From contig NW_027138451.1 in the NCBI RefSeq assembly GCF_035084215.1, forward strand, positions 1,488,001 to 1,552,000: a stretch of 64,000 nucleotides of DNA. The letters are read 5' to 3'. This document shows positions 54,828-64,000 of this stretch, in pieces. Within the stretch, counting starts at the first letter, position 1; the number at the start of each line of letters is the position of its first letter. The translations under genes and the position numbers were made by a program. The notes under the pieces are model-generated. The model saw only the letters and a list, made by a program, of their open reading frames with translations. It did not search any database and had not been told where the DNA came from. Origin of the DNA: Heptranchias perlo (taxonomy: Eukaryota).

Positions 54828-56596
54828 GATATCGGGTTTAATTCCCAATCCTGAAATCGATGGAAATTTTCCCCAATTGGAATTTTTCCGAGTCTGAGCA
54901 AAGGAAGTGGGTCTGGGGGAAAGGTCAGAGGGAATGGGGTCCACAGGCAGTGCAGGAACAGGCACCAGAATGGGGAACAGATGGGATTCCACCAGTGCCT
55001 GACGCTGGAATCCAGACTGACTTTCCAATCTCCAACTCTGAAACTAGATGTTTCCATCCCTGCTGTTTCTCTCGGGATCTTTTGATCGGAAAGAGTCTTT
55101 CAGAGATAAAGTGGGCGGCTGTGGAATGAGCCAATCGGTTCTGTTCATTCTTGGCCACTTTACTGATAAAGTAACGCCTGATCCCGAAACTGGAGGGAGG
55201 ATTTCTCAAACCAATCCTGGGGAAACATGGGAGGAAAGTGGGAGTCGGTGTATTTGCTGGGACTGTGCAGGATGAACATCTGACAGCAACAGTCCCAGTT
55301 TATTTCAATCGGAGTGAAACTCTCGGTCACTGAGATTAATAATGAACGGCCCTCTGCTGCAAGATTACAGAGGGTACAACATGCAAGAGAGCGTTAAATG
55401 TGTGACACTGTCCCTGAGAGTGGGATTAATAATGTGTCTGTCTCTGGAATAAGATCAGTTAGAGATGAGACTGTATCTTCGGTCACTCCACCTTGGAATA
55501 GCAATTGGAATGGAATAGTTCCCTATTTATTACTGGGTGAAAACCGCTCACAACAGCTCAGTTTTTCTGTCCCTCATCTACTGTATATGGAGTTGGGATA
55601 CTGTTATTGAGCATGATACAGATACACTGATGGGAAGTGTGAGACTGATACTGTGTCTGTCTGTATCTCTGTCTCTCAAGCGCTGTACATGAAGGTGGGG
55701 TAATGTTTACTGAGCGTGAAATGGACACACTGATGGGGAGTGTGAGACTGATACTGTGTCTGTCTGACTGTTTCTCTGTCTTTCCATTTTTGTTCCGGTC
55801 CGTCTCTCTCTCTCTCTCCAGTTCTGCACATGAATGCGGGATACTGTTACTGAGCGCAATATAGACACACTGATAGATAGTGAAAGAGTGATTCTGTGTC
55901 TGTGTGCTGTTGGTGAGACGATTACTGTCCCTTCTACTATAAATGAGCCGGTCTGATGGTGCATTTATCCGTCTCCAGCACAGGCCGAGCGGGGAGGAAA
56001 GCCTGTCCGGGAATTGTCTATCTGGCGAACAGTTTGTCCTGTGAATGTACAGATGTGAACATTGTGTCAGAGAGAGTGTGTTAAAGGGGCGGGCGGGTTA
56101 GATTAATGTCACTGTGTTTGTGAGTCCGGCCTCATCGCCGGATGTCCGAGTCCCTTTTGAGTAAAATTTAAAAGACTCCCTTTCAAAGGATCGCCCTCCT
56201 TCTTCCCGAGACCCGAAGTGAAAATTTAAGGTACTGTTTCAGTTCAATTCAAGATTTCAGCCGAAAAACAGAGATCATGTCAGCGATCAGATGAGAGAGC
56301 GCGATCAGTGCAGCAATGAAACGGGTTCAAATCGGAACTGGTGCTTTTAATTACGGTGAAAGTTTTTGGACAGCAAACATTCCGGTGTTAGAGATGGGAA
56401 GGGGCTAGTCTGGGACTCTGGAGTGCCCGATTTTAATTGGAATCGGGGAGTTTAAGAGGAGAGAGAAACACAGAGAGGCTGGAGGGGCCGGGAGCTGACA
56501 GCAGGATGTCTCCGCCCCGTCCGCTCTGTGCCGCCGCCTCTCGTTTCATTTCTGACCCAGCTCTGACTGTCAGAGATTTTCTCCAGCGTCCAGGAC

Positions 56597-57202
56597 ATGA
56601 CAGATACTGCAGCCGCCGAAACGGCAGCTCCCACCGCCGCTCAAACCAATGCTCCGAAGAAGAAGATGGCGGTTCTCCGACCCAAGACAGCCGGTCCCAG
56701 TTTGGGAGAAGAGATCCTCAAGATTGTGGCGGATTGGAAGGATCGCAAGGGGATATCCCTGGCCGCGATAAAGAAGGTTCTGGCTACCAAAGGCCTGGAT
56801 GTGGAGAAGCACCGGTCCCAGATCAAACTAAGTATCAAGAGAAATGTGGAAAAAGGCTCCCTGGTGCAGATCAAGGGCACGGGCGCCTCGGGCTCCTTCA
56901 GAGTCGCTAAGAAGGAAACTCAGGCAAAAGTGGGAAAGAAGCTGAAGAAACAAGGAACCAAGAAATCTCCCGGAAAGAAACCAGCGGTCAAAAAAACAGG
57001 CGTCAAGAAATTAACGGTCAAGAAACCAGCGGTCAAGAAATCGACCACAAAGAAGGCGGCGAAATCCCCAATTAAGAAGAAAGCGGCTGTTAAGAAGCCC
57101 AAACCCCCCAAGACAGTAAAGGCGAAGAAGGTGCAAAAACCGAGGGCCAAGCCCAAGCAGAAGTCAGCAAAGCCTAAGAAATTAGCGGGCAAAAAGAAGT
57201 AA
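56597..57202 (+). CDS. H1: Linker histone H1 (201 aa, more divergent)
   Basis: Intact ORF. AAACACA H1 box at ~56466, GC box at ~56512, stem-loop at 57239-57254. Confidence 0.95.
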   Translation: MTDTAAAETAAPTAAQTNAPKKKMAVLRPKTAGPSLGEEILKIVADWKDRKGISLAAIKKVLATKGLDVEKHRSQIKLSIKRNVEKGSLVQIKGTGASGSFRVAKKETQAKVGKKLKKQGTKKSPGKKPAVKKTGVKKLTVKKPAVKKSTTKKAAKSPIKKKAAVKKPKPPKTVKAKKVQKPRAKPKQKSAKPKKLAGKKK

Positions 57203-57911
57203 AAAATCAAGTGCAACTTGTGACCATCTGAACCCAACGGCTCTTCTCAGAGCCACCCACGTCTCTCAGAAAAGAGCTGATCCCGGAATCAGATGATTCC
57301 TGTCCCGGGGCCGGGCTCAGGTTTCAGATAGAAATCATTTACAATAATCCCAGGGTCCTGGTGACTCGCTGACATTCGCTACACCCGCCCCACTCCCACT
57401 GTCTGATATAAAATAGGGAGAATGGGATATCCGGGCCGGGCCTCACTGGAACTGGGGCGTGTTCACCTTCTCTCCCAGTTCATTTTTTTCTCACAGATTC
57501 AGGGCGAGAATCCGTGACAGAGTAAAACTGGCGGAGATCCGTCGCTATCACAATTCAAACCGCAACACATGAGATTCTCCAAATCAGCTGGAATAATGTG
57601 TTTATGAACTGCTGAACCCGTCTGGGAGGGGATGTGTGGGGGAATAGAATCGGGTCTGGGACTGAAATGGAAGGAGGCGGGTTGACTCGTTCAGGCAGGA
57701 ATATTACTGACTGTTAATTGTAACGGGGCTTATTTAAAAGCTCCGGGTTTCTGGGAATTCTTAAATATGAAGGCGGAGTCTGTAAGGGTTTGTGCGGAGC
57801 GCTGTGTTTCGGTTCAGTTATCGATAAACGGTTTGAAATTGGCGGTTGGAGAAAGCTGGAGGTGGAGCAAGAAGATCAGAGACCGCACTGTCCGTCACTC
57901 TGACTCTCTCC

Positions 57912-58447
57912 GCCCCTCCGTTTAATGTCTCACTCTGTCTCCTCCCCTCTCTGTTTAATATCTCACTCTGTCTCCTCCCCTCTCTGTTTAATGTCTCACT
58001 CTGTCTCCTCCCCTCTCTGTTTAATATCTCACTCTGTCTCCTCCCCTCTCTGTTTAATGTCTCACTCTGTCTCCTCCCCTCTCTGTTTAATATCCCATTC
58101 TGTCTCCTCCCCTCTCTGTTTAATATCTCACTCTCTCTCCTCCCCTCTCTGTTTAATATCTCACTCTGTCTCCTCCCCTCTCTGTTTAATGTCTCACTCT
58201 GTCTCCTCCCCTCCCTGATTAATATCTCACTCTGTCTCCTCCCCTCTCTGTTTAATGTCTCACTCTGTCTCCTCCCCTCTCTGTTTAATATCTCACTCTG
58301 TCTCCTCCCCTCTCTGTTGAATATCTCACTCTGTCTCCTCCCCTTTCTGTTTAATATCTCACTCTGTCTCCTCCCCTCTCTGTTTAATATCTCACTCTGT
58401 CTCCTCCCCTCTCTGTTTAATATCCCATTCTGTCTCCTCCCCTCCCT
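57912..58447. repeat. 33-bp minisatellite upstream of H4, ~16 copies
   Basis: GTTTA from 57920 to 58415 at 33-bp period. Confidence 0.95.
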
Positions 58448-58542
58448 CTTTCACTCTGTACATGTTTCACTCAGGTCGGGGCAGGCAGCATAAAAACGGA
58501 ACCAGCACAAGTTCGCTTTTCATTCAACAGCGATTTCAGTGA

Positions 58543-58863
<321 letters not shown>

Positions 58864-59609
58864 ACGACTCGACACTTTCCAACCAAACACAAAACAAAGG
58901 CTCTTCTCAGAGCCGCCCACCGCTTCACAGAGGGAGCAGTGACCTGGGAACGGGGAGAGGAAAGATCTAAAGTTGGGGAAGGAGTTTCCGATATTCTATT
59001 AATATGGAGAGATTTCTCCAGCACTCGTTACAGGGAGATCTGAAAAACGGCCGGGGTTCTCGGCCATCCCGAGAGAAGGAGCGGAGTTCCGGGTTTCACG
59101 GTATAAATGAACAGGCGGGGATGCAGAGTCTTTCTGCAGACATTACATTCTCCGCTCAGAGTAAAATCCCGCCTCACTCCCTCTCCCGCTGTGTCCTCTC
59201 TGCTCGGTGTTCATTCCCTGCCCTCATTCAATTATCAGTTCAATGTGAAGTTTCTGTGTGAGGAGCGGTTCACCGGGTCGGAATTGGCGGGATTTTTGAA
59301 TTTGAAGCTGGACTTTGTCCCGTTCCGGAAAGCAATGAGCGGGGCTTTATTCCCGCCCGTTTACAGACAGGTCAGAGAATGAACTGGAATGTGAACCAGC
59401 CTGAGATTTGAGCTGAGGAGTGGGAAATAATGGAGATTATAAAGAGAGAGATTCTTACATTGCTGGAGGGAAATGAGATTTTCTTCAAACTGTTATTTGA
59501 TGCTCTGAAATTGGCGGGCTTTTTGAAATTGATGATTAATTTCACCTCAGCCAATTGGGTCACAAGAACTCCCGCCCTTTCGTTCTGACTGTCAGAGCTC
59601 GGTTCAAAC

Positions 59610-60530
<921 letters not shown>

Positions 60531-61484
60531 ACCCGACCCGGCTTCAGCACCAAGTGCAACAAAGGCTCTTTTCAGAGCCACCAAATCAGCAAAGGAAAGA
60601 GCTGTGATCTCCTGGGTTGAAATCGCAGGGCCGTGCAGTTCACACAAACACTCGAATGTCGGAGTCAGGGGTTTAAAAGTTCGAGCCTCACTCCCAACAC
60701 TTTACTGGACATTTGAGTCCAGCACTGAAGGACAGGTGCAATCGGACGGGATCTGAAACCCATGCTGGATGTAAGGAACCAGACTCGGATCACATGACGT
60801 TTCAGTCTATTGTCTCCCTGCAGCTACAGTGACTGTTTCAGTGTAACTCGCACTAATAGATCCAAAGGCAAAGTGTGTCTTGCTCTCTCTCAGCGCTAGA
60901 ATCAGGAACAGTGTAAAACATTAGTGTTACATTCACTGAAGCTCGTAACTGACACAGGAACAGGCTGACAGGGACAGAATCAATCCCTCAATCACATCCA
61001 ATAACACGGGCAAATTTCACTCACATTCTTGATTCAGTAATCGCTGACACATTAATCAACACATCAGTCAGCTTCTGTTGTACAAATCTGGGTAAAATAA
61101 TACAGACCGAGCAAGTGTTGTCGGAGGATGAGACTGTAAATAATATTGGGTGGAACACAACAGAATGTATCTTGATACATCCCTGATATTTCTGTATCCC
61201 TCCCGCCCAGTTTAATAACAATTCTGATATTTTGTCTCATTCACCACACAAACTGCAAATTTCAATCTATTGCAGATTGGCGACATCTGCTGTCCGGAAG
61301 CGAAAACTTCAACAGACCGATATGGATCATTTGTATTTAACAAGTTATTGTTAGTTCTCGAATCGGAATCAAGTTCTTATTAAATTGATTCCTGACTCTC
61401 TTCAGAAAGTAACCAGCCCTTTCATAGATACAGTGGGTGGCTCTGAAAAGAGCCTTTGGGTTATCAGGTTAAGTCTTGGCCGCT

Positions 61485-62030
<546 letters not shown>

Positions 62031-63021
62031 TTATTCACCAATCAATAGCCAGCAATGAGAAAAGGGCGGAAAATCCCGAACTGAACAGTTTTTGAAATTT
62101 GAAAAGCCCGCCAATATATTTCCAACACAAGAAGCGGATTTAGTAAATAATGTCGCGTACAGAGAAAGATTGAAAAATCTCTCTCCTTTAACTCTGTTAT
62201 TCCCCATTTCCCGTCACAACTTCCAGAATCTTTTACAATCCGGTTAAAATCCGCCTTCATTCACCGTTCGCTTTCAATCGGGCGGGAATAAAGTCCCATT
62301 TTGTAACGGGACAGATTCCAGCTCAATCTTTGTAAAAGTAACAAACCCCAGATTGTGAATTGATCCCTGGTCACAGGAACAGTGAGAGAGCCTTTAGACT
62401 ATTCTGTACTCGGTGTGAACACCCTTTTGGGATTGCTGCTTTACAAAGGATTGCGGTTCTGAAAGTGAGATTCCGGAATAATGAACAAACAAAGGTGGAA
62501 AGGAGAAAGAAATGACTGAAGTCTAATCCCCCGCCTTAAAACGGCTCTGACGGGGCAGATGCGGGGGAAGGGGTGGAATATGAGCGGGAATGAGAGGATC
62601 AGGGACACGTTTTTGGTTATTGGGACTAAATAAAACAGCGACACACAGATTATAGCGGGCAGTGAATACGAGAATCTTCCAGATTTCAAGAGAAATTACA
62701 AAAGCACAAGAACATATTAACAGGAGTTGGCCATTCAGCCCCTCTTACCTGCTCCGCCATTTGATAAGATAATGGCTGATCAGTGATCTAACTCCATATA
62801 CCTGCCTTTGTCCCATATCCCTTAATATCTTTGGTATCTATCTCAGATTTAAATTGAGCAATTGAGCTAGTATCAATTGTCGTTATAGAGACAGTTAGTA
62901 TCAAACTATCTCCAGTAAAATGATTCCATACAGAGGTGTCGGTACAGCGTCTTCAGAGAGACTGTGGGTGGCTCGTAAAAGAGCCTTTGTGTTTAATTTT
63001 TTTTCAGTTGATTGTGGAGTT

Positions 63022-63396
63022 TTACTTGGAGCTGGTGTATTTGGTCACCGCCTTTGTCCCTTCCGACACGGCGTGCTTGGCCAGTTCCCCGGGCAGCAGC
63101 AGGCGCACGGCGGTCTGGATCTCCCGGGAGCTGATGGTCGCCCGCTTGTTGTAATGGGCCAGGCGGGAAGCCTCACCCGCGATGCGCTCGAAAATATCGC
63201 TCACAAAGGAGTTCATGATGCCCATGGCCTTGGAGGAGATGCCGGTGTCCGGGTGAACCTGCTTCATCACTTTGTAGATGTAGATGCCGTAACTCTCCTT
63301 CCTCGACTTTCTCCGCTTCTTGCCGCCTTTGCCTGGTGCTTTACTCAAGGTTTTCTTGGCGCCCTTCTTGGGAGCTGCTTTCTTGTCCTCCGGCAT
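63022..63396 (-). CDS. H2B: Histone H2B
   Basis: Intact ORF from the ATG at 63396. The stem-loop at 62970-62985 has a top-pair mismatch. Confidence 0.97.
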   Translation of the reverse strand: MPEDKKAAPKKGAKKTLSKAPGKGGKKRRKSRKESYGIYIYKVMKQVHPDTGISSKAMGIMNSFVSDIFERIAGEASRLAHYNKRATISSREIQTAVRLLLPGELAKHAVSEGTKAVTKYTSSK

Positions 63397-64000
63397 TTCC
63401 AAACTCAATTTCAGACCCAGAAATGACCCAATCCGCTCCGAGCTCGGATTAAATAGACAGTCCCACAGACCTATGGTAATGAGGGATGGGGAGGGCAATG
63501 ATTGTGATTGGGTCATTGGGAGTGAGGTCACAATAATTATTAACTGTAACTCTCTGATTGGTTTCTTCAGATATCCAATCAGATTCAGTATCTGCCACCA
63601 ATCACAAACACGCTCACACCGCACACTGTCCGCTTTCAGCAATTTGTTCCGAACTGTTGCAGTTCTGCTTCCGGCCAGTAAATCTCCCCAAACCCCGGGA
63701 CAGTGAAGTTTGAAGATGAGAGAGGGACAGAACAGAAACTCATTCTTCACATTATATTGCACGGGTGGGATTGAGAAAAACTGGGAATGGAGACGAGCTG
63801 CAAGTACATTTTGTTAGACCAAACATTAGTTGTAATTCTGTGTTAAATTCTTGTAATTGATTTTGGGGTATAGTCAATACTGAGGAAGACTGCGGCAAAA
63901 TAAACTTGCAGAAGGCTGTGTAAATGGCCATTGAATTTCAATATAGAAAGGTTTGCGATGCTGCATTTCGCTAGGGGGAATAAGGAGGCCACATACTGCT

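Overview
Eukaryotic (vertebrate) DNA. It is probably from a cartilaginous fish, an inference from the style of the CR1 LINE and Penelope-like repeats. The window is a replication-dependent histone gene cluster built from a ~16.3-16.7 kb repeat unit with the order H2B(+) H2A(+) H3(-) H4(-) H1(-), then a non-histone GC-rich promoter with an exon-like segment, then a 44-bp/~80-bp satellite block. The left array has a degenerate edge unit (~2.9-6 kb), two full quintets and a third unit truncated after H2A. At ~49,390 it meets an inverted array that runs to the window end. There are 17 intact histone ORFs, each with a 3' stem-loop (one stem-loop is mutated), and one truncated H2B. The first ~4.6 kb holds three tRNA pseudogenes and CR1 fragments. 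The most notable signals are: (1) five short insertions, three with clear target-site duplications, carrying six minimal hammerhead-ribozyme motifs, mostly in histone 3' flanks, one forming a 90-bp palindrome next to the inversion point; (2) an unexplained promoter plus frame-preserving exon co-amplified in every unit; (3) promoter VNTRs that give 3, 7 or 9 CCAAT boxes at H3 and 31, 18 or 16 GA-rich 33-mers at H4.
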